Positions 27,401 through 39,629 of a stretch of DNA of 64,000 nt are shown one piece after another. The notes beneath the pieces were generated by a model, which searched no databases, was not told the DNA's origin, and worked only from the letters and a program-made list of their open reading frames with translations. Location of the stretch: NCBI GenBank assembly GCA_002104905.1, contig MCFE01000013.1, positions 1-64,000 of the forward strand. Direction: 5' to 3'. The DNA comes from Basidiobolus meristosporus CBS 931.73 (Eukaryota > Fungi > Basidiobolomycota). Numbering within the stretch: the stretch's first letter is position 1; each line of letters begins with the position of its first letter. The translations under genes were made by a program, and so were the position numbers.

Positions 27401-30400
27401 ACGATGGAGTTCCAGCCGACACTCCAACTAAAAATGCTCCGGCTATCTCCAAACGTAAAAGAAAGGGAATTGCTCATCGGTTGTTGCGTCCCCAAAGTCG
27501 CGAGGAAAACAAGCAAGTTTCTGGTACCGTCACAGCCACAGAAACTACTTCGTCCTATTCGAACTTAAATACTACCAGTGACCCGTTAATTGCCAAGCAA
27601 ATCTTCCATACTCAGTTGAACAGCTGGTACATGCAGAACAAAACCAGTAGATTTACGCCAAAGCCGCTGATCTCGGCTCAATGGTTCAATGAGTCTACTT
27701 TTCTAGGCAGAGGCGAGTTGAACTTGCTGCTCAAAGCATTGGATGGGAATAACACCACAAAGCCTGTTACCATGCGAGTATTTGAGATCTTCGACGCAGA
27801 TATCATGGCAACTACGACTATCGTTGAGTTTACCCGCATCATGCCTCCTTTTCTATCTCAATTCTCGGATCATATATGCAGGATATGGGAGCTGGAGAAG
27901 GCCAGTCAGAAGGTTATCTCGGGTGAAAGTGAAGCCTATGTCATCAGAAGTGTCAATGCACTGCTAGATTTTGTAACCAAGTTTCTACAAGACCATCTAC
28001 CTGTTGCCAACGAGGAGGAAAAAAGAACCGTGTTCAATGTCCTTGGGACGGAATGCACTTATCTATTGAAGCGGCTTGATTCTTTGGCCCGGGTGGAGTG
28101 GCCAGATTATTCTTCTGCGTATTGGAGCCTAAAGACTATCGGCGAAACTTACTTGCATATGATATGCTGGAGTGTTCAACTCCATTTGAGCTACCATCAG
28201 CTTGAAAGCCCCACATACCCATGCTTTAGCATAGGGGAAGTCTCGAAAAGTCTGATCAGATATCTAAGAAAGTTTCCACCGGATCAATTCAAACTGGACA
28301 CGAATGACCAAGGCTGCAGCAGCTGGGGTGGCTCGATCGTTGTGTGCTTGATCCATATTTTGGACAGGCTGTCGCAGTACACCACACAAGAAGAACTTGG
28401 CGCCAGCCATCTTGCGACTCCGCCGTTTTGGTCGATGTTTAATGAGGTGATCCTTGAGGATTCCAGGGATACCACGGAAGAGTTACAAGACTGGGATTTT
28501 CCCCCGCTTGCCGAAAAAGGAGAGGGAATCTGGAACTATCTCTTTGCCATCGTGCCCCTCTACCAATTCAACGAGAGCGGCGTATATTGCTCACAAAGGA
28601 AATGCCCATCCAACTGGTCATTGGTACAGTACCTGCTGGAAACGATGTCCGGGCTGTTGGAATTAGGGGAGAAAGCCAGTTCTGCTCAATTTTCACATCG
28701 TCAAAGCCGAATGCTGGATCAATATGTTCGGTCTCTATTTGGTCGATGCTATGAATTGTGCACCATGTGGCAGTGGGATCCCGACCAGAAAGTGCTTCTG
28801 TTGTTGTATCGATTTTACGAGAAACGCCAGTTTAAGGACCTCTCCTCCGAATCCCACCCATATTTCCCTCGTTCATTGAAAGAGTTTAGCGGCATTATCC
28901 CTCGGGAGATCCAGGTCTCGGACACGTGCTTCCACATATTGCTGAAGTTTATCTACTTCTCGCTGAATGCATGGTGCGAACGAGCGGCAAGCTTCAAGAC
29001 GGTCCCTTTGCAGGAGAAATCCAAAAGAGAAGTCCGTTCCTTCGTCTCTAGAATCTCGCCTACCCGTGTGCTCAAGTTTACCAAGTCACAAGCCACTTCG
29101 GATTACTCGCCTCTCTTGAATCACTACAACCTGATGCTCGTATTCGCGCTGACCATCCCCAGCAGCATCAGAGCACGATCAACTGTGCAGATGAAGAGTT
29201 ATCTCAATTTCGACGAGAGTGACCAGATGTCGCGTAAGATACACATAGAAGGCTTCACCTTGCTAGGACTGATCTACCAGCACCGCCGAGAGAATATTCA
29301 GCCTATCTTGGAGGTATTAAACGAGCGAATGTCCCAGGTTTCTCAAGAATTTCTAGATATAGAAAGTAAGCGAAGCACCCCTTACGTCCCGTCCATATTT
29401 GGGGAGCGGCCATCAGACGAGTGGCTTTCAGAAAGTGATAGAGTGAAGCTAGCCCAGAACCAAGCCAACGTGGCGGAATTGATTGAACTGATATTTGGTC
29501 AATATCGACGACTGGCGATCGGAGAGGACTATCTAGGCGCAGGGTTCATTAGCACCGGTAAGTGGAGGTGTTGTGACCCACATTGTGACAACTTTGAATT
29601 AACCGTTGCCATTAGCATGGTCCACCATGCTTGACCCGGCTTTAAAATTCCCACATAAAATACGGGTAAGCTGCATAGCACATGTCAATAACCTGTTGAA
29701 GGTCCGTACAGATCTCCGCGATGCCTTTAGTAAAGGGTCTGTGGCTGGTTCCACGACAGACTTGACGGTTGAGCCATCGAGGAGCAATGAAGGGTCCAAA
29801 GGGAACCACGAGTCGCCCGATGACTTTGATGATTTCGAGTTTGACGATCTAGATTTGGATCAGTTGTATGTGGTAGAACAGGAGGCGGTCAAAACGGAGA
29901 CTTTCAAAACGCACGACCAGCCGTTTGCGACGGTAAGCACCCTGCGTTGAAACTTTGCGTTGGCAGCGAGCTGAGAATCTGTGTATCTAGGCCCTTGACA
30001 AGATCAATACGGGGATACGAGAGCTGGTGTTCGCGAAATACATCATAGGTATGCGTACATTCTAATTTCACCCGGTGGACGGCTATCTAATGGCCTTGAA
30101 GATCTCAGTAGATCGGAGATGGAAGAGAAATATTCTCTACACTCCTCCGCGGTACAGAAAGCAGTGGAATGCTGGGTTGATTGCATAGCAATTTCGGTGG
30201 AGCATGGTCTAAGGGTAACTGCACATCAAACTGAGCTTCGTGACGACCACGTTGACTAACATAGAAGTGCATTTCACAGTCGTGGGACGCGTACTTTCTT
30301 TCCCAAAGCGCCGACTCGTGGACCACCGTCAATAACGCCACCGGGCGTAAAATCATTTCCCTCTATTTCGTCACGCGATGGCAAGCACTCTATCAGAACA

Positions 30401-32561
30401 CCACGGTACATTTAATTCCGAGTCGACGTTGTATGTTTCTTTCATCTGATGGGCAGTTTTAGAAATATCTGGAGCAAATCATCAACATATGGTTCCAGAC
30501 CATAGTTGAGCCCGGCTTTACGGTGCAGCATACCATGACGTCGGCGCTCTTGAACCAAGCAGTGGTACCTAAAATCTTCTATAACCTGCCGATTGCTATC
30601 CATTCCAAGCAGGCAATCACAAAAACTGAATTGGTTAGATTGCGGTCCGCCATTATCGGAGGTCAGTCATGATTTGGCCACTTTGGAGTACGTGCCTGCA
30701 GGGTTCTAACTGATTTCTAGCGGTTCTAAGTAACATGGGAGACGACTACAGCTTTACGCTAAGCTCCAATCCCGAGCTGTGCGCAGGACTAAAGAAGAAG
30801 TATCACGGTTATCTCAAAAGCATGTTGTCGTCTTTGAAGGACTGTTTCGAAGTAAGTCGTGAGGCAGTTCTTTCTGCATCATCATCGAGGCTAACCCTTC
30901 CAAGTATCTCAATTCACCTGCGTTGTTCAACGAGAAAGAAAACTACATCAAGCTCATCCACGACATTGTTGGAAACGTCATCGAACATTGCTCAGCAATC
31001 ATGTACCAATCCGACTCTTTCAGCACGCAGCTCCCAGAGCTTCGGTACTTCATGTCCAAGGATTTCCCACTTCCACCAGCGTATGTTGATCCACTTCGGC
31101 ATTGGATGTACGAATACTAATTGCTTCGTCGTAGCGACCACTTTTACATCACCCAAAGACTACGTGGATTCTCAAAACTCAACTATTCCACAGATCCTCG
31201 ACTCCAGAAATCCCTGGTGGAATTCTTCCAGACTCATCTCGAGACGATATTTGGCCAGATCGAGAGGGAGAGGCAAGATGACCAGAAGCTGAGGGCACTG
31301 GTGGCGTCTTTTCTGAATACCTCAAAGCAATCCGACAACACTGCTATATGGTAGCGGGCTAATCTCGAAACCTTATTGTTCGGACAATGGCTGATTTTCA
31401 TGTCTAGGAATACAACGGTTGCATCGTTTCGAATGTTTATCTACGGCACGATCATCAAGCGATACATCACCTGCTTCATTAGACGCTCGGAGCTTGCTAC
31501 GCTAGCTATTCCGGCCCTGAGACTCACATCTATGATACTGGATTCGCTTTCCGATGAGTATTGGAATCTCGAGGACCCAGTTCAAGGAATCACCTCTCTG
31601 CAGAAGGAGATGAGCATTCTCTTGTATCCCCTGACCAATGCGCTAACCCAGTGCCACACGGTAAACAGTTCTTATCATCACTCGTTATGAATGCAGCGCT
31701 AATGCTATCCTAGGATTCGCACTCAAACTCGGTGGTTCACAGAATCATCTCCAAATACGTCCTGCAGATATTCATCAACTGCGTGAAGATATTCCGACAT
31801 GTTCACATTGATTACCGCCACTTTTGTGAGTATTCCTACTCCAGTTCCCTTCTAGCTTGCCGCTAACCTTATCCGGCCCCTGCTAGATGCACACAACAAA
31901 GAGTGGGCCTCTCTTTTGGAACAATCGGTCAAGATCGCCTATCTCAAGAGCATCTTGATGGTTCGGGATATCCTCCCGAAGAAGAGTAGACAGGAAGCCT
32001 TCTTTCAGGATTGCCAAGACGCACTTTCTACCGAGCACATCAATGTCACGGAACTAAGCATGTTAGCACCGAACCGATACTTTTCCTTCGAACGTCAATT
32101 CCCCTCCACGCTATTGACTCGGCAAATCGGAGAGTGTTACAGCACACGGCCCATGGATGAAGTATGTGCCTGCCTGCTCAGTGTTTGGAGTTGCCTCACT
32201 AACCTTCGGTCCTAGGTCGCCCACGAGCTTCTCGCGACGATATTTGAGTTCTGGTCGCAGATCGCATCGTTCTATCCTCACATAAGGGCTTCCATCATAC
32301 AGGACTTTTCCAACATCAAACTCCATCATCTCTTCAAGTTCGTCGAGCACTCGAGGATCTCCAACCTCCATTTCAAGGTATGTAGCGAATCGTAGCTCCC
32401 CGTCGTATCGTTCCCCAGACCGGTAATGCTAACGCACAATCCTACCGAAGCATTTTTTGGAAGAGCTTCGCCCGGCCAGCACGCCGTACCTCGTTCGCTT
32501 CTGGTCCTCCCAACGACACCAGAGCGGAGCCTCTATCTGTCTAGATCTTGTAAATATTTGA
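24496..32561 (+). CDS. MMS22: Mus7/Mms22-family replication-fork repair protein; ~5-kb first exon plus many small exons
   Basis: Motifs recalled from the fungal Mus7/Mms22 family: GKLPASFLR, PIFLRIACR, WFNESTFLGRG, TCFHILLK, LLNHYNL. Exons traced to a TGA at 32559-32561. Confidence 0.75.
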
Positions 32562-33120
32562 ATGATGCTTGAGCTCCGTGGGATCCCACGGGCAATTTTG
32601 TATACTCTGTTAAAATAAAACCACCCTGCTCGTCACAGTCCAAGCATCCCCGAACATACCATATCCCCTTTGTGAGAGTGGCTTGACTCCTTTTTATTAC
32701 AAAGCTTTGAATTAAAAGTACCCAGGTAAGCTCGAGCGGGTGGGTATTTCGTGAGTGATCAGGGGTTGTCTCCGAACCGTCTCTAAATTGTGACCCGAGT
32801 ATGGAATCCACCACACCATGTCGAACGAACGACGTCCGGTTCATTTACAAAAGGATAAGAGCAAAGACTGAAAGGGTGCACCCAAAGCAGAGGAATACGA
32901 AGTCATCAGGGTCCATAAGGGGTAAAGCGCAAGTTTGGGGGATTTGTTGGCAGGCGTTCCTCTACGCAAAACACGCCCTCGTCCGATTTCGTTGTTCAAA
33001 CTGGACAATCCTAGACATGCTTCCATGTAAGATCAGCTAATAGAGACGAGTCAAATTTTGTGCAAATGAACCCGAACTACTGTTTCTACTAGAAGTAGTC
33101 GACAAAAGTAGCTCGGCAAC

Positions 33121-36100
33121 TCAACGTAATTGTGCGTATGGTGGTCGGCTATCAGGGAATCCGCTGGAGTAGAGCTTTCTATTTCTCTGGTTCCCCCTGC
33201 CTCGACCGGTCAAGTTGGTCAAGCGCACTCCTTGGTTGGCCAGGGTGTGCTCCAAAGCTTGCCGTTGGTTGGCTTCCTCTCTTTCCTCGTAGTTGAGAAC
33301 CAGCTTTTTCAGTTGCTGCTGCTCTTCACGCTCAGCCTCCTGCTTGTTGCGCGTATTGACGGCCAGTGAGCAGTCTGACGGGACCTCCACCGTTCTGATT
33401 TGTTGCTTGTTGCCACGCTTCGTGAGTAGGGTGAAGGCGACATTGGCCTGATTTTCATTCTGGCTACGTTCCGACACTCCCAGCATGCTCTGGTTGGTGA
33501 GATGCATTGGGATCGGCATGTCGAGAGTGCCCCCCTTACGTTCAAGTTTGCGCGACTCCAAACTCTCGGACATCATTTTGCTGAATTCTCTCTCGAATTC
33601 GTCTTCCTCTTCCTTCTTGAGATCCTCTTTCTTGACATTGAGAACCACCACATCCTCCTCCTCTTCCTCCTCCTCCTCCTCTTCCTCTTCTTCACCCTCA
33701 CCCTCGTCGATCAGAGACTGCGACAGAGCGGCCTCCTCCCCACTCTCCTCCTCATCCGCCTCCTTGTCTTCGACTTCTTCATCGATATCGCTGCCAGAGG
33801 AAGTGTCCGACAACTCACTCTCATCCACATTATCGTCCTGGGACTTCTCGGCGCCGGCATCTTGGAGAACCTTCGCGTTGACAAGCAACATCTCGTCTAC
33901 AGCCGAAGCAGCCTCCTCGTACGAGTGGAATAGCTTCATGTTAGGGCGCAACGCTTCAAACGTGTCATTGACCATGAACTCGACATCCATGGGCATAGGT
34001 ATCTTGGACCAAATGTACATCTGGAAGAAGATCAAAAAGGAATCCAGCCTTGCCTTGGATCTTCCCCTGTCGAAGCACATCCCGCACGTGTCCAATATGG
34101 TGCAGCAAAGTCGCACACGGAAGAAATCGTCCGGCGCGTCGATTGGAGTGAACCGGCTGGGGGAAGGGCGACCGTTCTCGTGTCCCAGGGTCAGAATGGA
34201 GTACAGGGTATCGAACACGACCGGGGAGTCGATCAACCGATAATTGTACAACTCCGCGAGATACTTCACCGTGGTGATCCGTCTTTGGTTGTGCTTGAAA
34301 ATGTTCTGCTCCAAGCCGATGCGGATATCTTCGAGGATCTGGTCCACCAGAAACACCCCGAAGTCCGAATGGTACCGATGAAGCCCGCTGGCCAGCATAG
34401 CCAGAAGATGCACATTGCTGAACTTCACTTTCCACACCTTGTGGAAGATCTTTTTGACGATCCCGTAAGCCTCGGGGTCACTCCACTGGAGTTTTCGAAG
34501 CAGGCGCAGGATCCTGTCGACCGTCTTCTTGCTGAGATCAGAATACACCAGCTTGCGGACATACAGCTCCATAGGGGTGCGAACCTTGTAGATGGTGGCG
34601 TCGCGATCGGGGGGATTGCATTGGTAGTAAGCATTCTCGATCATGAGGACCTGGCGGTTGTCCAAATGAAGGGCGTTCTTTTTCCGCATCATGATGTCAA
34701 GCATATTGCTTGTGCGCACCGCTGTTTCGGGGCTTTTGAAGAGGAATCTGCCGCAAGTCTCCAGAAGGTTGCATGCGACCTCGATGTTACTAAGTGTGAA
34801 GTCATCAAGGAGAACTTTGAGGCAATGGAATGTGAGATACAACGGAGTGATTTTGAACTTGGTAAGTTCCCCGATGAATCGGATGTTCTTGACCCTAGTC
34901 TCCATCAAGTCCTGTCCTTTTCTGGATCTCAACGATTTGAATTCGTTCTCTAGTGCGGTGACTACTCCTTGGCTAACATCGGGGAAATATGGATTCAGGG
35001 TGGCGATGAGACGCGCATAGTAGGGTAGCAGATCTAATCGGGTTCGGGGCACGCCAACAAGCGCTTGCACAAGTCTCTTGCGAGCTGCCTTGGAGTTGAG
35101 GTAGCAAAAGTCCACCGCCGCTTGATCAATCAAATCGCGATTAATCATATTTGGAAGGCGAGTCAACAGGGTTTCGATCTGGGCGGAGGTGGTGGATTTG
35201 AGGTCAGACTTGTCGTCGCTGAAGGATTTTAGGTCATTTCATGTCAAACGAAAAAGATTACAACAGAATCTTACTTTGATGGATCCTCTTTTACACTCTC
35301 CTCGCCCTCTTGTGGCGGGGCTGGCTCGTCATCCACGGCCATGGCATCGGCCGGAGCCACGGTGGCAGTTTCCTCGACGTCCAATTTGCCATCAGCACTA
35401 GCCTCTCCTTCGGCACTTTCACTTTGTTCCTCGCTCGTAGATTTCTCCTCCTTTTCGTCCTCTTTCTTCTTTTTAATCTCGAGCAGGATGCCGGGAACAA
35501 CCAGCTTCAAATCTATCATGGATTCGTAGAACAAACGGGCATCCTCGTCTGACCATATTCCATTTCCGGTATTCTCCTACGGTTCATGACGCTGTAAGTG
35601 GCCGCTCTATTTCATACACCGAGTGTATACGTACTTTATCCTCCGACACTGTGGCTACCCCCTCTTTAATCATCGACTCGCTGATCTTGGTGGTGCCTTC
35701 TTCTTCAGGCAAATCAGGGAGATCGCAGTCCAATCCATCTGCAAGACTATCGTGGAGAGATACTTCAGTAAAACGGTTCAGCATCGCCAAACATGAGTGC
35801 CTTTACCCTTGTGTGTTAAATAGGATTCTTTCGTACACCTTGGAGGCTTTTTCGTATGCCTGCTTGCTTTCATCGGACAGCTCGCCTCTAGCAATGTGCA
35901 ACTCGTGGTTTGTTTTTTCCATCTTCTTGATGTACTGTGACGCCATTGTAAGTCTGGTGAAGCTTGCCTGGCAAATCACTGATCGCTAACCTTATGCGCC
36001 TTGACCAGCTGCTTCTCTATCGAGCGGTAATAGTCTATAAATAGGTTCTTGAACAAGTCGCGTTGTTCGGGCGATATGTTCACCCCGACCAAAGTTTCCT

Positions 36101-37136
36101 CGAATGGGACGCTGTTGACCACGTCTCTAGGCGCCTCGGTCCCCTCTCCGTCGTTGCTGTGCGATTGCTGCTCTTTTTTCGGGACGATTCCAAGCAGGTC
36201 CCGGCCGAAGTATTTCACAAAAGCGACGGCCAGCGGGAGGTTCATATGACTATCCTTGTCTACCGAGAACTGCGATTTGAAAAGATCAGCCCAAGCCACT
36301 TCCGGGCGCATCCACGCGCAATACCAAACGTATCCTTACCAAATCCTTGAGAATCGAGTGGAGCACATTCCCGGTGTGTTTCATCTCTTTTCCTATCAGA
36401 ATGGTCTCTTGGTTGGCCGTCATCAGCCCAGCGATACTCTCTTTGACTTGCTTTCCTGACGCAAGTCCCTCATCGATCCCCCAAAAGAAACCCACCAACC
36501 AAAGCTCTCCGGTGATGCGGATAAATATCCGCTGCTTGGAGATCCTTGCGTTCTCTTCTTTCTCTCGCTGCTCTGAACTGAGGGAAGCCAAGTGCTGCTT
36601 GTTCGCTGGGGAAAGTGCCCTCATGAGCAGATCGGTGAATTGGGGAGTGAAGGAGTCAGGGAAACGCTGGTGAAGGTTTGATATGACCTGTGGAAGAATT
36701 GGAGAGAGCACGATGATCAATGGTTGGCACAGCATGGGAAGTCGCAGCGTCGTAAGGGGTGCATCCTAACCTCAACCGCAGCATATATATCTGAGCTTCC
36801 TTTGCATTTCAACAAACCCTCCATCAAAGCGGTCACCACTTCACTGATGTACTTTTCCAGCTTCAACGAGCGAATGTCGTTCAGAAGCTGGGTGGAGGAA
36901 TCTGCGGTCAGCATGGTTTTACATTTCTTGATGAAAGCGGTGTTTTTCTTGATGTTGGAATCAAGGTTCTTGTAAAGGGACAAATCTAGCCCGGGGTGAG
37001 GACGAAAATCCGGTTAGGTGACGAGTGTCTTTTGTAAGGAGGCTATGGGGGGATAGATACCAGGCTTGTTGTTCCACGCACTAATGTTACGTGTTCGTAG
37101 GTCCTTCTTCTTGGTTAAGCGTGTTTGGGCATCCAT
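33121..37136 (-). CDS. UPF2: Nonsense-mediated decay factor Upf2, 8 exons
   Basis: NLDSNIKKNTAFIKK, LKLEKYISEVV, RTRLDLLPYYARLIATL, KNIRFIGELTKF, NIEVACNLLETCGRFL, DDFFRVRLCCTILDTCG, acidic tract and C-terminal Upf1-binding region. Confidence 0.97.
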
Positions 37137-37481
37137 GTTGCGTACGTTCGAGGAGAGAGAAAACAAGGTAAATAGGACGTAAATATACCATTAGTCATGG
37201 AATTATCAATTAATCGGATTTTCGCTCCTACTAACCAAACCATCTATCAAAAATTTATTGATGATTCTTCGTTATTCGATGTTGGTCAAGTAGGAATGGG
37301 TGTCCACCACAGATGGTAGCTAGGTGATCATGTCGATGTCATGGCCAATTTGATTCTCGACTGTGGAAATAGATCTGTCGATTTTAACCGACGTAACATA
37401 GGGCAACTAGTCACTTACCGGACTGGCACTTCCCTCCACATTTCTCAATTCTTTCAGGCGACTCCCACCGCTAGCGATATT

Positions 37482-37849
37482 ATGAAGGCCGGTGTTAGAG
37501 AACTCTACAAACAGGTACTGAGCGACTACAGCGTGGCTCACCACACGTCATTTTACCCCAATGCACTTGACAGGTTTCCTAACCCTTTTAGCTTCTCTTT
37601 CTGGGACGCGACTATCCCGCGGGATACCCATACTTCAGAGAACGACTTAAGAAAGCGTTCCAAAAGAACTCCACTCTGGCTGACCCAAAGTCCGTGGAAC
37701 AGGCCGTGCAAAGGGGTCAGTTCGTCATCAAGGAATTGGAGGCAATGTACAAATTAAACAAGTACCGCGCACTGAAGAAGAGATACTATGACGAGCCTGA
37801 GCGGGAATTGTTGGAGTTTGAAAAGAAGCTTCACTCACCTAACCTCTAG
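37482..37849 (+). CDS. LYRM5: LYR-motif protein LYRM5/ETFRF1, 2 exons
   Basis: [11 protein letters not shown]|[49 protein letters not shown]. Confidence 0.9.
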
Positions 37850-38128
37850 GCAGCCTTTGCAACGGAAGGATAGTGATACACCTTTACCTCTACGGGCGAC
37901 AATAGCACCATGATATTCCGACCATATATGAATCATTGAATAGCACTCAATAAACTTCCAGTGTCCCCATACGGAGTGTGGTTTAAAATCCATGTGAAAT
38001 GGTGACTTGTTTACTAACTGGCTTTGTGACGTATGTTACAAAATTGGTACGAAGTATCCCAAAAGCAAAAGTGGACAAGAAATGCTCGAAAGGGCTGAAC
38101 TCCAAACTCTTGGAAAGTCCTTTATATA

Positions 38129-38968
38129 TCAGCTCTTAGCATAGATTTGGTGGGGAGTGGTGGCGGTGGTGGTGTCAGTATGGTCCTGTTTCTGTTGAGC
38201 GTACAACTGATTACGGAACTCGGATCGGAACTGAGAGCGGTGATAAGTCCCGGCACCCACAATGCTAGCGCCCAAGAGAAATACCACCCCATAGATGTAG
38301 AGCCCTACCGGAGTCGTCTGGATAGTGGTCCCATCTCCGAAGTCATTTATATCTGGAATGATGGCGTTCGGGTTAAACTGTGGTTTGGAGGCACGAATAT
38401 ATGGACCGAAGGGCACATCTGGAGTATCCGTGATCAGTGGCGCATTGGTAAAGTCCATCTGGGCGAGCAATGGGACCTCATGCTCCATGCCGTCACTAGG
38501 TTTTATTATCAAGGTGTACGAGGACGGGGTGATGAGATTAGTGACGGAATCAACATCCAATTGGTCATTGACAGCAAACTGTCCATTAAAGCAATACGAC
38601 GCGACTAATGAAGTGCTCTCTCTAACTGGGAGGATAACATAAAATCCGCTCTTGTATCTCTGCATTGTCCACTCTCCCCAGTACTCCTCGATTTTCGTAC
38701 CCTGTTGTGCAAACGAGAACTTGACAGTCCAATAGGGTGTGGGAGCAGCGAGTGTTGGCAATGCCAATGTAATATTTCCACCGAACCGACCGGCTCTCGT
38801 GTCGAGCCAGGCAATCTGATAATTGACCTTGAATCCCTGCCAGTTGTTACTGTCTGACTCCGAATCGGCTCTCTTCACGATCCTCCCGTTTCCGGCCTCT
38901 GTGTGCATGCACAGAAACCATATCCCCATACAAAAACGAAGCAGAAGCGACCAAAGCGAGTGACCCAT
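38129..38968 (-). CDS. Predicted type I membrane protein with CBM2-like beta-sandwich ectodomain, intronless
   Basis: Signal-like N-terminus, VKR (Kex2-like site), FGGNITL..YWTVKFSF..GTKIEEYWGEW pattern resembling CBM2, TM GLYIYGVVFLLGASIVGAGTY, short cytosolic tail. Confidence 0.6.
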   Translation of the reverse strand: MGHSLWSLLLRFCMGIWFLCMHTEAGNGRIVKRADSESDSNNWQGFKVNYQIAWLDTRAGRFGGNITLALPTLAAPTPYWTVKFSFAQQGTKIEEYWGEWTMQRYKSGFYVILPVRESTSLVASYCFNGQFAVNDQLDVDSVTNLITPSSYTLIIKPSDGMEHEVPLLAQMDFTNAPLITDTPDVPFGPYIRASKPQFNPNAIIPDINDFGDGTTIQTTPVGLYIYGVVFLLGASIVGAGTYHRSQFRSEFRNQLYAQQKQDHTDTTTATTPHQIYAKS

Positions 38969-39629
38969 TGTTACGTACCACGTCTATCAATAATTGTGTG
39001 TGTACTCTATGCGGAAGAAGCGAAAATGGCTTGAAAGCCTAGATACTGGGGATGGGGGATAGATGAATAGGCAAGGAGGAAAGTTCAATCAGCTGGCAAG
39101 CAATAGGATCTATAGGAGTAGTCAAAGTTACTGAGACAAATAAAGAGCTTATGTTCAGGGCTGGAGCGGGTTATATAAAGGAATCCGGTGCAGGTAAGCA
39201 GCATTTTACGAATTCATGCATATTATCTACATTGAAGACCCTTGCAACCAGATACCCTCTGAAGATCATTAGATGACTGGCAGCCACGATGCAACTACAT
39301 GATCAAGCACTACATCCGAATCGCTCCCTAACCGTTACTACACACACACAACCATCCGTTGAAAATCCCTGGAAAATCACGTTTTGCTTGCCCCTTAAAA
39401 CCATCGTCCACCATACGCTGCATCAGCGGTTAATATCTACTGTGGTGATCAACCTACCAGCACAGGGCGGTGGTTGAAATGAACGAATTCCATGGGGTTT
39501 CATGCACTCATAAAATATTATTGATTCAAGTTTTTGGTTGTTTTATACAAGCAATGTACCTCTATTTACTACCATCTCCGTCAATCCGAACAGTGGAAAG
39601 GTCACGATACAATACCTAGACAGAAGCCC

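Noticed and set aside
33485-34953. Long plus-strand ORFs (252 and 257 aa) antisense to UPF2
   Set aside because: Explained by GC3-rich codon usage and the GAG/GAA acidic tract of UPF2; no protein-like motifs.
36329-36338. GTATCCTTAC, U12-like 5' splice site
   Set aside because: It lies on the strand opposite UPF2, at the reverse complement of an ordinary GTAAGG donor.
37341-37757. 138-aa ORF from the track
   Set aside because: It is a read-through of 5' UTR, exon 1 and intron of the real LYRM5 gene (ATG at 37482).
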